Assembly (NCBI GenBank): GCA_051942205.1
Contig: JAVECO010000144.1
Location: 1 to 61,156, forward strand
Length of the DNA: 61,156 nucleotides
DNA from: Coniocarpon cinnabarinum
Taxonomy: Eukaryota
Direction of reading: 5' to 3'
Shown: in pieces, positions 35,500 to 49,444 of the stretch
Layout of the letters: the number at the start of each line of letters is the position of its first letter
How positions within the stretch are numbered: position 1 is the stretch's first letter
Translations under genes and position numbers: made by a program
The notes under the pieces: generated by a model
Told to the model about the DNA's origin: nothing
Databases searched by the model: none
Seen by the model: only the letters and a program-made list of their open reading frames with translations

Positions 35500-37057
35500 A
35501 TGCCGCTCCTCGAAGATGTACTCGATCTCGATGGCTTTCGTCGACTCATGAACTGGCCTCACGCGGGCCAAGTCGATTTGCACAGGACTGCCTCTGATCT
35601 GAAACTCATCCCCCTCCCAGGCCAGTCCCTGCGCGCATTCGTCTATATTGGTAATGGTATGCACTGAGACTACGCAGCTCACCCATTGTCACTGGCAAAC
35701 TTACGATGCTGCAGACGAAGCAGTGAGAAACGCTCTTCACGTGTCCAACGACACCTCGAAGGCTCCTGTGTCGTTAAAGCGACCGCATGACGAGGCGAAT
35801 GAGCAGACTGCCCGGCACCGTAGTGGTGTGCCACCTGATCTGCGCAATGCCGGTGAATCAGACTGGCAGATGCAGAGATTTTCTGGACTTTGGCGGGGAA
35901 ACGTGCGCGACACGACCAGCACGTCACATCATTCTGTGGGTTTCCTGAATCTTGTGTGAATGCAGAATTAGTATATTGACGAGTGCATAGGGCGCGGTGC
36001 TATTACCGCCTGCCTCGATCGAGAACGCGACGAACGAGCTCATCGAAACTTATCGTAGACCTCGTTCACCGAACGAGGTTGTGAACTCCAGCCACCACAC
36101 AACCAAGATGCACGGTGTCAGCGATGGACATCAAGCGCGTCCAGATCCCATTGTCAAGGCGGAGTATTCAGCTAGGCAGCTGATTGACATAGAGAAGAAA
36201 ATGGCGTCCTCGGCGCCTCCGCTCAAGTTCGACCCAAAATCAATCTTCGTTAATGAAAAGGCCCACGAACATCAAGTAGACCGACCGCGAGCCCCTCTTG
36301 ATTCTCAAAGATACGACAGAGTACCTCCCGCGTGGGTGAGCAACGTCAAGCGCGACCCGCGTCTGCAACGCCTTTTCAGACTCCACTTGGAGTGGCTCAT
36401 CATTCTGAGGCAGGATCCAACCTTAGGCTACACGCACGACGCGCTCTACAACAGAACGGCATTCTGTCGCGAGCACGTCTTACAGCCTTGCATGAAGCCC
36501 TCATGTTCACAGGCGCACTGCGTGGAGTTCTGGTTCTTCGTCACCACCGCCTGCATCTTGAAATGGGGCTTCGCGAACCACAGGAGCCAGGTAAGTCCAC
36601 CCATTTCCCATCCTTCGCTCCGAGCCCGACGCCGCATTTATATCACCGCTCTCGTCATATCAAAGCCCAAACGCCACCGTTTCCCTCTCCCTCTCCATCG
36701 CTAATCAGATCCTAATAGCGCTCCCTCCATGACGCTGTCAACGACTTCAACCTGCCCGCGATCAGCTCCCGTCTCTGCATCATCTGGGCAATCAGAGACG
36801 AAACAATGAGCCCCTGGTGCCTCGCCAATTGCTCCGTCTCCTGCGCCACCTCGCCCCAGCACATGGCTGCCCTCCGCAGCAGGAGGCATTCGGGGAATGT
36901 CGGGGCGCAGCGGACGCTGCACTCCTTTTGGGCGCTGGAGGAGTGCACCTACCGGCTGTATTTGCGGATCCCGAGCGGGAAGCGGCCGCGCCTCATGAGG
37001 GAGACGTTGAGGGCGCTGGGCTTTGCGGAGGGGTCTTTGGATGCGCCGAGTCGTTGA
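35500..37057 (+). CDS. Spliced hypothetical protein with a CCCH-type zinc-finger motif; exons ~35500-35656, 35715-35935, 35991-36590, 36719-37057 (start uncertain)
   Basis: Three introns (GTATGC..CAG, GTGGGT..TAG, GTAAGT..CTAAT..TAG) each join adjacent open frames in the correct phase. Motif CREHVLQPCMKPSCSQAH. Confidence 0.6.
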
Positions 37058-37483
37058 TGGAAGTGCCTCTCAGGGCGCGGTGGGCGGGCGGAGTGGTGGG
37101 GAACGATGCGGTAGTGGAATGCGTGGCATTCTAGAGGTGAGGGTGACGGGATGCATCGGAGAATGAGCCCGATGGGCTCGAGTGTGTGTTTGTGTTTGAA
37201 TTGTGGAAATGCCTGTAGGAATATCAATGTTATGTCCTGTGACCTCCAAGCTTCTTCTTCCGAACTTTATCGGAATTGTTGTTCTGGGTGTGCGTTCGCA
37301 CTTGAACAATCTTTGACAACCATACCTCCTCGGCAGTCTGGGTCCAGTCAAGCGCTGTGGCGTAAAACTGATAGTTCCGTGCGTGTTCAACGGAACGAAG
37401 TAGACGCACAAGCTCTGGACAAATGAAATGTCGTTCATATTTTTCTATGAACTGATTCGAATGCAAGCTCTAAAGCCAGCATC

Positions 37484-40400
37484 TCACTCGTCCTCGAAAA
37501 GATCATTCGCCGAATCGAACATTGCGGTACCCATCCCGCCCGCAATCAAGTTTATTGGACCATCAATCTCATCCTTATCCTCCGCATCGTCACCTACGGA
37601 CCACTTCTCTTCCTGATCTTCGTCGGCACCTCCCGTAGCCTGCTCCGACTCACTCGACGCTTCATCCTGGCCAGTGGAAGTTGGACCATCATCCACAGGA
37701 TGATCCTCTTTATCATCTACCCCGAAATCAACCGCAATCCCTAGCCGAACCTCGTCGTCATCCCCCATTCCTCCATCTTCATTCTCACCCTCGCCCTCGC
37801 CTTCATTTGTACCACCCACTGCTTGATCCATCGAATCTGGGTTAGACACTCCATCCTCTGACACCTTCGCATTCTCCGCTGTATCGTCAATCTCCGGCTG
37901 CTCCTCAGCAAAGAACGGATGCGTGGGATCCAGCTCTTTGCTCTGCACCACGAACCCCATCGGCGTGTGTGCAAAGTCCTGACCCTTCCGTCTCGTCGTA
38001 ATCCACTGCTGCAGAAACTGCAGCGGCCTCGGCGAAAGCTGACCTTTCCACGTGTCTTCCTCAAGGGTGCCGTCCACGTTCGATGGAGCACCTTTGATCT
38101 TGGGCCTCACGCCCAGGAAGCGGCAGATCTCGGCGTAGTCTTCAAAGCGGAAGTAAAGTTTTCCCGCGAGGATGCCGATGTCGCGACGAAGCCACTGCGG
38201 AGCCCGCCAGTCTGTTGGGAGAGGCGGGATGGAATAGAAGTTGAAATCGTCGAAGTGAAGCATGTTGCGGGTGATGGGCGCAGCGTAGACGATGAGATGC
38301 GTTTTGGGGTCTTGACAGCTTCGCAACGTTGCTAGAAGCCCCTCTGCTTCATGGGGACTAATCACGACGGCGACATTGTCGACCATGCTCCATATGATCC
38401 AGTTGACAGGCCGTACGTAATTGTCGTCTGGCTTTCGAAAGTCTGGCTTCACTGTGTTTGCGAAGTCTTGCGTGATATAAATCCTGGGACGCTGCGACAG
38501 GTCAATCACCCCATGGTCACGACCGACACTTGTGGTTCGCCAGAATTCAGGCAAACTGTAGCCTAGGTGTATCTTTGAACGTACCCGCCCATCGACACAG
38601 AATTGTTTGAGACCTGCGTCAATATGGCGGTGGGCAAGTGGTTCGCGGTGCGGCGGTTTCTCGATTGCGCGAACGGTCTCTGCCTCCACCGCAACTTCAC
38701 GTTCTTGTTCCACCTCTTGCAGTGCGGTCGCTTGCACTGCATCTCCTGCATCGTCAAATGAGTTGCGCACCTCCCTCAACTCCTTCTTGTACCTCGTCAA
38801 ATCAGCGGAGCCGTACTCTATAGCAGTGGCAGTCTGTCGTTGCTTCAGCTTTGGCTTGTACAGCTGTTCGAGCGAATGATCCTCCTGCTGGATGACGGCA
38901 CGCAGAAAATCTGAGCGCTGAGCTTTGTCGGCGGCGTGATTTGAAAAGTCTAGCTCAGCTTGGGAGCGGTCGCAAAAGTTGACGCCTTGGGAATAAAAGA
39001 GCGGCTGCAGCTGATCCAGCCCACGACATGTTTGCTCGATCAGCCAGGCCACAACGTCGCCCGAATCCGGTTGGTAGTCCAGCCCCTTGTGGCGAAAGTC
39101 AAGGATACTGTGATGGACCTCCGGAGGAGCAAAGAACCTCACGGACTGCGTGGTACCCAGTTGACGCATGCGCATGGCTGCTTGCACCGTGTGATCTTTG
39201 GTTTGCCCAGGACCCAACGTAAGTGCCCCGACTGCGTTGGTAGGAAGTTTGAGATCGGTCCCTCGTGTATGAGCTTCGTCCAAGTATACTAGGCAATTGG
39301 CGAGGTCATCAGCATAGGAAGAGCTCAGGAGCGGAACTATTTGACCCTTCCGATGGCAGATCATGGGCTTGTCGTTGTCGTCAAAATAGACAGCAGCGGG
39401 CCGATCTTGATCCTTCTGCAACCACGCTCTGACCAGGGAGAGGTTATCACTCTCAAGTATCTGCGCGCCCGCATCAATGAAAACTCTGATCTTGTGATTT
39501 TTGAGCAAATCCAGTAGTTCGAGTTCGGAAAGTCTTCTGCCTGTAGAATGATTTGCAGCCTGAATATACTTTCGATTACGAGGCTCAAGCAAGTAAGACA
39601 GCACCTCTGCATTTGTACCCAATAGCTCGGGCAAGTCGTTTTGAGCGATCGTCAGTGGCAGCATCGTGCGATTGTCATTCGTTCCAGAGAAGCCTGTGGT
39701 GAGGATTGGCTTCCTTGAGTCTGCGCGTTTCGAGTCACTAGATTCGAGCCGCAGAGTCTTGCTGCCAGGGGCATTGCCAACGGGACGCGGGTTGCGCGTA
39801 AGAGGGATATCCCAGCTAGACGCTTGAAGTTTTTGCTCAAATTGTTTCGCATGGCGGGGAAAGACGAAGCGGTTCAGATAATAATCGATCACTGTGGTGT
39901 TGTACCGGAAACTGCGCCACAATTCTTCAAGCTGAACAGCATCGTCTATGTTGAGCGCGTTGCAGTCACGCAAAGAGCCGGATGTGCGAGGAGAACCAAG
40001 TAGCCAACGATCATATTCAGCTGCCCGGTCGTCGGATTTCAGGACTGACTCGAGTCCTTGTCGGAACTGAACCAGACTTATACCGGCATAATAAAATGAG
40101 AGACAGGTCAGCAGGATAGCAACATCGGGATGACCCCACTCTGCAGTATCCGAAGGCCTACCTTTTGCATGAAAAGGCACGGAAATCGGATCACGCTGAG
40201 GATGCAGACCATACTGTACGTTCCAACGCTTCTTCAATGCCATGATCAGTATGCGGTGGACAAGAAGTCCCCGAAGCAACAGAAGGTCTTTCCACTCTAT
40301 CACTCGATCTTGCTTCGTGTAAAATTGCATCAGCCGCGTGACTCGACGGTTGCTGACAGAAGACTGAGAGATGAACTTTCGAGCGTGCTCCTTGATATCT

Positions 40401-43400
40401 TGCGGACAATGTAGAAGGTTGAGAACGCCGCCTTGTCCGTCACAGAGGCTGTTGACAAGATTGGCGACCAGTTCATCCTCTGCTTCCTTGCGTAAGAAGT
40501 ACACCGTTGGAAACCCCGCTGATGACCGATAGTCAACTTCAATCGCCCTTTCAAATTTTCGAGAAATATTCCAAAGTAATCCTGAAACCAGTTGCAGGAG
40601 ACTTTCTGGCGTCAACCATCGTCTGGGATGGCCATCGACAGCTTTTTGGGCGCCCGAGGGATAGATGAGTTGAGTTCTGACAGCGAGTGTGAAGTCACTC
40701 TCGTCAAGAATATCTCGACACGTCTGATCCAGCATATGTTGCGTTTGAATCATAGCTTTTGCCTCGCCAAATTTTTCATCTGTAAGACGTTGGAGCCCGC
40801 TCAATTTGAATGACATGACACTCTCTGGCACGGTCAGTATGACCCCGCAATTTTCCAGGATAGCATTGTGCAGGTGCTGAAATTTCTGCACAGAGTCAAC
40901 GGCTGTCGGCGTACGGCGGGAGAATGGAATGTTAACGACCGGTCTCGATAATAAACCACCCAAGCGCGACTGCAAGACTTGAGCCATCTGCGGTAGCAAA
41001 GCCTTTGGCACAATCACTCTCACGAGACATGTCGAGTCAGCCAAAGTTGCTGCTACCATCGGGATGATGCAGGAAGTCTTTCCCTCGCCCATGTTCATCT
41101 GAAGGACCGAATTAGATCCCGACCTGGGCTCAATGGTTGCTCGAGCTACCTCTACTTGCGTTGGTCGGATCATTATGTCTGATTCGATTTCGAGAACAAG
41201 CCACTCCGAATTATCGTCAGGATTCCAGCTCAGGTGACCAGGATTTTGAATTTCTGCTTGCACAATGTGATGTTTGCGCTGGCGTAATGCATGTTCCAGT
41301 CGGATCAACTGCTGCGTTCTTGTGATATGGACACCTATCGACACCAAAGATCTGCGCATATTTCGCCCAAGTAATCGCACTTTGTCAGCAGTGAGCAGTC
41401 CCAAAATCGTTGTCGGGGTCACGCGCGGCAAAAGGTGACTTGCTGACAGCCATTCGTTGCCTGACTGAGTCTCGAAATACTTCTGCAGAAATTCTAGATT
41501 CCTTCGGGTAATCGCTAAAGCGGTGCGAATTGCCTCGTCTACTCGTTTTACGTCAAAGTCCCATGGCAGAATTACCCGGCTACCTGGAGCATTCCGGAAT
41601 GCTTGAAGACTGCGTTCGAGATCTACTGCGTATTTTCGCCGCGTGCTGTTGCCTGTCTTCAAGACTTGTTCGATGGTATTCCCAAGCTCTTGAGTGGGAG
41701 GTTGCCAGCTGAAGGCGTTGCCGAAACTCTGGCGATCAAAACTGTGCCTATACTCATTCCGCATACTGTTGAGAAAATGCTCGGTGACGCTGTATTGGTT
41801 TTCCATCTCATCGAAATCGAAGACAAATGAATGTAGAAATGTTGGAAGATCAGGAAATACAAGAGATCCACGAGCTTGCTGGAAAATAGATGATGTGTGA
41901 TACTGTCTATGCACTTGATCAGATAATAGCTGACTGTGGTCATTGAAGACCTTTTGCACTCTCATAAGATATTCAGACAGGTGGAAATTCTTCGCTAGAC
42001 GCTGCCATTCCAGTTGAATGATTTCGATGGCTTTGCTGAAGCTAATCAGTGGGAGATTGATTGGCATTGCCTCAGTGAGAACTGGATCTGGCCATTGCAA
42101 AGCTAACAAAAAATTGACGAGTCTGGTCAGCTGCGTAGCAGTTTCGGCTTCATGTAGTTTTCTCTCAGCTTGCAAGGTCGTAACTTGTCTAGGCGTCAGA
42201 CGCGCATCGTTGTACAAGGCATCCTCGTGTTCGAAAGCGAACTTGCACGGCTGTAGTTCGTGCTTGAGCCATGTCACCGAAGGACGCTCCCCAAACATGA
42301 ACTTCTCGTAAGTCTCCCATTGGGGAGGATCCAATGCTTTCAGCTCTCCCAAGGTTGCAAAAGGGATGAGGGATCGCACGCAGTACATGTCCGTATTTTG
42401 CCCGTAAGAAAGCAACGCGAAGAGAAACATCAGCTCGTATTTGTCAGTTTCCGAAGCAGATCGGCAACGATTCGCCAGTAGAGACCAATCCTCGTTGAAA
42501 TTGCCTTTGAGCGGTCTGGCGATAGTTTCATCATCATAACAACCGACGAAACCTATGGTCTGTCCCCAAGATTCGATCATTTGTCCGAGATTTTGCGGCA
42601 AAGGCACGCGTGATGCCCACTGCTTTATTGCCTGAGAGGCTTCAGAGACATAGACGCTTCGTTCACTGCTGTCTATATCATGACGTGCCAGGTATGGATG
42701 ATCGCCTGTGTTCTGCTCAGACGACGCATAGCGTCTCTGACGCTGATGTGGACACGATCTGATGATAGCACGTTGTCTCAACCACACGTCAGATCGGTTC
42801 CATGCCGGACGCTGTTCTTGCCCAACGCTTGTGTGGTGGAATGATTCAAGCATTTTGGAACGAAGCTCAATATCTCCAACAAGAACCTGAAACTCTTCAT
42901 TCTGAATCGTGACTGGGAGACCTTCCTTCCACAAAATACGCTGCATTGTTTTCTGTCGAGGATGACAGTATTCGCGGAATGGTGATAAGCTTGAAATTTG
43001 GCTCAGGATAGTCCGTGGCTTGATATTCAAAGGTTGCCACGGTCGAGCGTTGGCAGATTGCAGCAGCCATATCGCTTGCTCAGTGCCGGTGCGACCTGTC
43101 AAGGAATCAGGAAGAATGAAGGAGGTCAGCGCATGCAATTGCGCTCGCAGATATATTAGAACAGGCTCGGCAGCACAATCAAGTCGATGAACAGGTTCAT
43201 TGATGAAAAATCTGCCGTAACTTCCTCCCGCACCCGCAATGGTAACCGAGACATGTATGCCATCAGGTACGATTGTTGGAACGCCGACCGGCACGATTAC
43301 GCTCCGAAGTTTCAGAGTTGTGGGGTTCCTTAAGACGAGCTTGCTTTTCAATCCGTACCACGTGCCAGCGTCTTGATTGCGGTCAATTTCAGCAAGCAAC

Positions 43401-46400
43401 TCTCGGGAGTACAGCGCATCATGGTGGTTGACCTCAAAACGCAGATCCATCTTTGTGAGCTCAACAGCTAGAGGATCCGCACGCGTGATTGGCTGGCGAA
43501 CTTGTATGTTTTCCCTAAGCTCAAAGTCCTGAAATATGTTTCCCATGATCCTAAACAAACCACTGTGCGGATCGATCATATAGTACTGCTTGGATGACAT
43601 AAGGCTCGTGTTTAGGTCTAAATACCACGTGCTGTCAGTGGCTTCCCAAAAATTAGGTTTGGGTCGAATCTCTACCCAGCCCATCTTCACATTTAGCCAA
43701 TGTACATAATTTTGCACCATATGCCAAGGAAGATCAGAAGTCATTCGACTTCCAAAGACATTTGGCGGTATCACTTCGTACAGGGTTTGAGAAGGTTGAT
43801 GGACCAAGTGGATGACCTGTTGTTGATTTCGTGTGCCAACATGAACCTCGTGAGCGTTTATAGGTACAGTGATGGTGTAATGCATGTCAGCACGTTCTGA
43901 TCGGCGAGTGAGAAATCGCTGATTGCCAAGCAAATCCTGCATGACGCCTAAAGTGCGATGTTCTTCAGGCACTTCGCTCATAGCTTGACCACCCACCAGC
44001 AGAATGCCTGATATGAAGTTGTACCTGACTTCCAGAGGTTGAGATGTGGAGGTCGAGACTATGGCCGAAGATAGCCAGCCATTATCTCCAAGTACCCACG
44101 GACCGAAGTTTGGAGCGCCAGCATCATCCTTTTGCTGCCACGCTAACATGACACCTTTGGAAATAGCAGTTCCATTCCTAGACAAGGCGACCTGTATCCT
44201 CTCGCGCATGTCAGCAAGAAGACGCCAATCTCTGATGAAGGCGTTGCGAAGCTGTGGACTCAGCGAGTTGAAAGGTTTGTCCTGATTCTGGCACAAAACG
44301 ATGGATACCTCGACCCAGAGGCATGCCAGCCTTGGCTCAAGCGATCGAGACGCGTCCTCAGCAACCCAGGAAAGCGTCCAGCGACAAAGTAAACATGCCC
44401 AAACCATGTCTCTGCGTCTTTGCTCCCATGTTGCAGCGTTTTCTAGGGAAGAGACCTCCACATGTAGAGCACGTATCCAGTGCAGCGTGATCGATCTAAT
44501 CTCCTCTAGGACAATCATGCCTCTCTCAAGAATATCGTTGTCGCTGGCTAGTGATAGCAGTCGGAGCAACATAAGGAGCATATTCGACACGCAACGATGC
44601 TCTCGCCAATTGCTTGCAACGTTCTGAACGCGACCGTGGATTAGGTTCAGTAGGATTTGGCAAAAGTTTGGGTCGTTAAACACCCAGTGTCGCTTTCTCA
44701 AAGACGTTCCAACTTTACGGGGCCCATTTTGTAGGCATACTCGCGAGACTATGACAAAAGTTGCCGCAGAACTGAAATTAACGTTTGAACAGCCTAGTTC
44801 CCTCAGCAGCTTGAGCCAAAGTAATTGTTCACCTGAGTACATGTCTTGAAATGCCGCAAATTCTGTAACATTAGCACTGGCAGGACATCGAGTTTGATTA
44901 GCAAGAAGCTGGTTGGGAGTAGGACCACATCCATCTATGGTATAGTCCGAACTCATCTGTAAGCTTGAAAAGGGTGACTCCAATGGTATAGGTTCTGTGC
45001 ACATAGACGCTACAGAAGCAAGAGTACTCTGCTTAGCAGTTAGGACTTTACTCGAGATATCGTAGTACGCGACATCCAAGGTGCACGGCACGCACACGTC
45101 ATCTTCACTGATGGTAAGAGACATCTTTTTGTAGTGTGACGCAATCATTGGTTTCGACTTTGACGCAAGCGATGGATTGTTGTCGCGCCCATTGGCATAT
45201 CGAGTCAAAGGGGGATAGCCGTCAATCTTGAAGCATGCACCGTAGCTCGGCACACCTGCGACGGTCAAACTTTGCATGAGCCTCCATGTAGCTTCCCTGT
45301 ACACCGCAAACGACTCAGGACACCTGAGCTCGAAACAAATGGCCTTTTGCTGCGCTTTATCGTCTGGAAGAGGATATTCGAAGATCTCAATTTGCATGCT
45401 CTTCATCTTGCCCCAAAGCCTGCATCTGGGACACTGACCCCTTCCTACATGTCGAAGGAGACCGCGGTGCACGGGATCGGACTCCGTCAAGCAAGTGCCG
45501 CTGTTGTGCTGTGCCACAAGACTGCTGTAGACGTTGAAGCTTTGCTTCAATTCCCGAATTTTCGCAGCTGCATCATTTTTGGCCTTTGCAAGTATACTTG
45601 CAAGCATCTCGTTCAAATGCTGAGTATCGTTATTGTCGAACATTCTGACAGCAAAACTGTCATGACTTGGATCCGCGAAGATTGGTGGCAACCGCGCATC
45701 ACTTTGGCGCTTTGCGAGATACGTCTCAACCTGCTCTGCTCGCTTCATGTCTTTGAGTGAGGACAGCTGTAACACTTCCAGCAAGGTAGGAGGAAATGGA
45801 ACCTGATGATCTGCAAGTAGCGGATATTCGCGTAGCGTCATCGCATCCATTGCGGTCCATAGCTCCATGACTGTCAATAACATGATACTGGTACCAGGAA
45901 CAAATGTATCGTAGGCGTGCGAAATCTGTCGCATGTATTGAGAGATGGAGACGCTATAAGCATGACAAGAAGAGGGCACAGGACCGAGCGCAAAACCATG
46001 CAACTGCTGCTCTTTTGCAGCCCAGTCCATGTGATGATGGATCTCTGTGCTATAGAGACTTTTAGTAACCGTGGATGCTTCTGTTTGAGCTTGTATATGT
46101 GGGTCCACTGCAGATTGAGCTGCCCAGGCAACGTCAAGATATCCGCGACTGTTAGGCAGAGTCATTGTGATTTCGTCGTTAGTAGCCAGTTGTCTAAGCC
46201 TGGGTATGTGCTTATAGAAACGGTCACGGAAAGCTGTCCAGGCGTTGTCAATCTTCCTGTTTATCCGTGCGATTGCAAGCCTGCAAGGGCCTTGTAAGTT
46301 GACCAAGAATTGCTCATAAATCTGCTTTGCTTCTGGGACTGAGGACACATGGACCGCAGTGAGTTTTGCAAGACGACAAGCCAGCTTTTCGCGGGCCCCA

Positions 46401-47339
46401 GCAAGTTGTTCCATTGTGCTGCTTACATTCGTATCAAGATCAACGCACAATCTCCGAACAACTTCTGCCATCAAGAACTTGTATGTCACCTGTCCCACTT
46501 CGTTGCCAAGGCCGTTTTGCAAGTGCAGTTGAACCGATACGCGGAGGACCAGCCAGTATGGCAACCTTCGCCATGGCAAGCCTTTGGATTCGAAGCAGAC
46601 GTCGTCCCTAATACGCTTACGAATCTTGTTGACTGGTTTGTACGTACCATTGACTTCAAGTAAAGTCATCAATAAAGAACAGATCAGAGCGGGGTTGCCG
46701 GTGTCCCGAGATTCGCCTATGTTCTGACCGTTCTTGAACGTCGTTGCAAGCAATTGGTGCACGGGCTCACGGCTTGCTCTGTCAAGGAAACTGGCCAGAG
46801 ATCTTATGAATCCGTCGTCCTCGAATGTGTCATTTGGAATTGATACAGCAGATCCAGGAAAATCCCACTGCAAAGCCTTTTGGGAGGCCAATACCTCAGC
46901 AGATTGTGCAGACGCTTCGAAGGCCTGAAATGTGACCTCTGAGACATCTTTGATAACGACAAGGCCTGCGTTCTGTTGTCTAACGAACAGGAAGAGGAAG
47001 TCATTTCGCTCCAGATTTTGAAAGGCTTTAAGAAGAGCTGCTTTCTCGAGACAACCTTCATTGTAGAGCCCGGCACATGTAGCGAGGGTCTTGCAAAGTA
47101 CATTGAGTTTGTCGAAACACTGGGCGGGCGCTGTCTGATTCAGTCACCGCACAAGTATAAGACGGAGGATCTGCTTAGGTACCTTTGGTTCGAAGCTCTC
47201 GCGCGGCATGGAGAATCCGTTGATGAAGCTCCACGGCGATCTGCTCGTTGTCGAAACCCTCCGAGTTCGGCAATTTTCGTGGGAAACAAACGTGATGGAA
47301 AACAGCATTTAGCAAACGGATTTGATCGCCGGACGCCAT
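37484..47339 (-). CDS. Giant (~3267 aa) DUF6606-DUF3638-DUF3645-type P-loop ATPase; exons 47339-47183, 47130-37484
   Basis: The 52-nt intron extends the 3135-aa ORF to MASGDQIRLLNAVFHHVCFPRKLP. Family blocks VRQQNAGL, FEAS, WRRLPYWLVLRVSVQ, QMNMGEGKT, ILDESD, KKRWNVQYGL, EWGHPDV, RGTDLKLP; acidic tail. Confidence 0.88.
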
Positions 47340-48520
47340 ACTTGCACAGTCTCAGGAGCGGTAGACTAAGTTGACGAAAGCACCGTGGTCAGGATGGCAG
47401 TGCGTGGGAAGAAGTCAGGCCGAGTGGCATCAAAGGGCAGGTAGCAATGTAAACAGGCGGTGAGAACTGGGAGGTGGCGGTGTGTCCGGTGAAGTGGCTT
47501 GCCTCTTGCTTGTGCCAGATTGCCTTTGCACACCTTTCGGAAACCCTCAGATGTAGAGCAAACTTTGCTACAAATGACCCGCATTTGCTGCAGTTTACCG
47601 TCTTGCCGCTTGGCTTCTCTCCCTGGTCTGCAATCTCAGTCTTGCAGTTTCAGAAGTATGCACACTCCCAGGATCTGTGGAGGACTCAAAAACGATCTCG
47701 AGTTGGGGCGAGATGAGCGCTCCGACATGACGTATTCAGAAAATGGCCTCGTGTACTGCACACATGTAAAAAGGGAGAACGAAGGTACTAGTGATGCCCT
47801 ATGAAAATTGATTGCCGCAGATGTCTTCCACCTCATAGAATGTGCGTGCTGGGAACGAACGGTGTCAGCAAAGGTACTCGTCGCTTGCCGACATTAGACC
47901 AAGCCATGCAAGTATCCGACATTAAAGAAGATGCGCAGCAAGTGAAGCACTCATCCGGGCGTGTCACACAAAAGCATCATCCCAACCATGATGGCCATCG
48001 TCGAGACCAGGCAGACCCCAACGCAGCCAGGAACGCATGTGATCCTTGGCAGCTGTCGCACATTAGAGGACGCCATCACTTGAAGGATAGGCTGAAGGAA
48101 GAGAGAGGCTGAATACTGTCCAGTGAAGAAGTGATCAGATGGAAAGGAGTTCGGATTAGCAGGCAAGGTTTGACGCGCTAGATACGCGTCAAGGTTGTAT
48201 TGCCGCCTTTGCTATGAACATGGGGGCGGCTACAGCATCCTTTACCTTTAGGCGTCAATGACGACTGCGACAAGACGTGCACAACTCTTCTAGAATATAC
48301 TTCGACCCTTATACCATTCATATGTGCTTGACTGAGCATTTGGAGCATCACATAGGTCGCAGCCTGGCATGTGTGAGCCCAGTGTGAGCCCAGACGATGC
48401 TGACGCGTCTTGAAACTCGAGAGCGCTAGATGCTAGGCAGCGCAGTAAGACTCTCAACTACTTCAAGGCTACACAGCCGCAGTCTAAAAAAGCGGGACAA
48501 AGTCGTATAATGACAGAAAA

Positions 48521-49418
48521 ATGATACCTCCGCCAGTCCACACCCAATTCAATCAGCGACTGCGACAGTACGGGGAAGTGGACGATGTAGCTTTATTAGA
48601 GGTCGCAGACCTGCTCAATATCAAACTCAGAAGCAACGTCCCACACATCATTGCTCGCATCCTGGATGCCGCTGAGCTCTGGAGACGCAGCCTTTCTTGG
48701 CGCCGTGAGAGCCATCATGATCGAGTCGCCGTTCGCTCCTTCTCAAACAAGCAATCGTCGACGCCGACACCATTTGTGGAGAGTAAGCCCGTCGAGGGTG
48801 CAGGGAAATGCCCGGTGAGACAACTGAAGATCATGATCATGGGACGCTGTCAGGATTGGGGAGGTGAGTGGATGTTCTTGACTCATCCAGACTGTAACTG
48901 CCAGTACACTCTTGAGATGCTACAGCATTTAGTCGTGTAAATCTCTCTGCTATTTTTTGGCTGGAAAGAGTCCACTTCATGACACCCTCGTCCACAACCA
49001 GGGCATGCAGCCACAAAAATGTCTCACCATCGTTACCACGAGTCTCAATTAGCTTTCTCTCGCAGCGTGGGGTTCCGAGGCACAGAAACTCTGCTAAAGA
49101 GTGTTTGCAGGAAGACATGATAATTTGGCCTCCGCTGCAGTCGCAGGCTCATGGTATCAGCTCGCGACTCGGACTTCCCGAGACGAAGATTCGTATATTG
49201 CAGGACCAATCATAGCGCACAACAAAGCCGGTACGGGGCGATATCAGATTCATGAAATGATCATCAGCGCCACCGACGAAGGCGATGCTGCGGATTGGCT
49301 CCGAGCTCTGAAGATCGGTGACAGCATTTGTGTTTTTCCCAAAGCCCAAGGTCCGACCTGGCAAAATTATACCATGGGCGCAGCTTTGGAAGTCTCCATC
49401 CCAGGTTTCTCTACATGA
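48521..49418 (+). CDS. Hypothetical ~216-aa fungal protein; exons 48521-48863, 49111-49418
   Basis: GTGAGT donor at 48864 and GCTAA..CAG acceptor at 49110 are phase-compatible. Blocks ILDAAELW, GRCQDWGG, GSWY, DWLRALKIGDSICVFPKAQGPTWQNY resemble a recurring uncharacterised fungal domain (recalled, not searched). Confidence 0.7.
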
Positions 49419-49444
49419 CAATGAATTAAAGTCCACTGCAAGCT

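Noticed and set aside
37484..47339. Calling the giant protein a ubiquitin hydrolase
   Set aside because: No USP/OTU catalytic motifs recognisable by eye; only ATPase motifs are supported.
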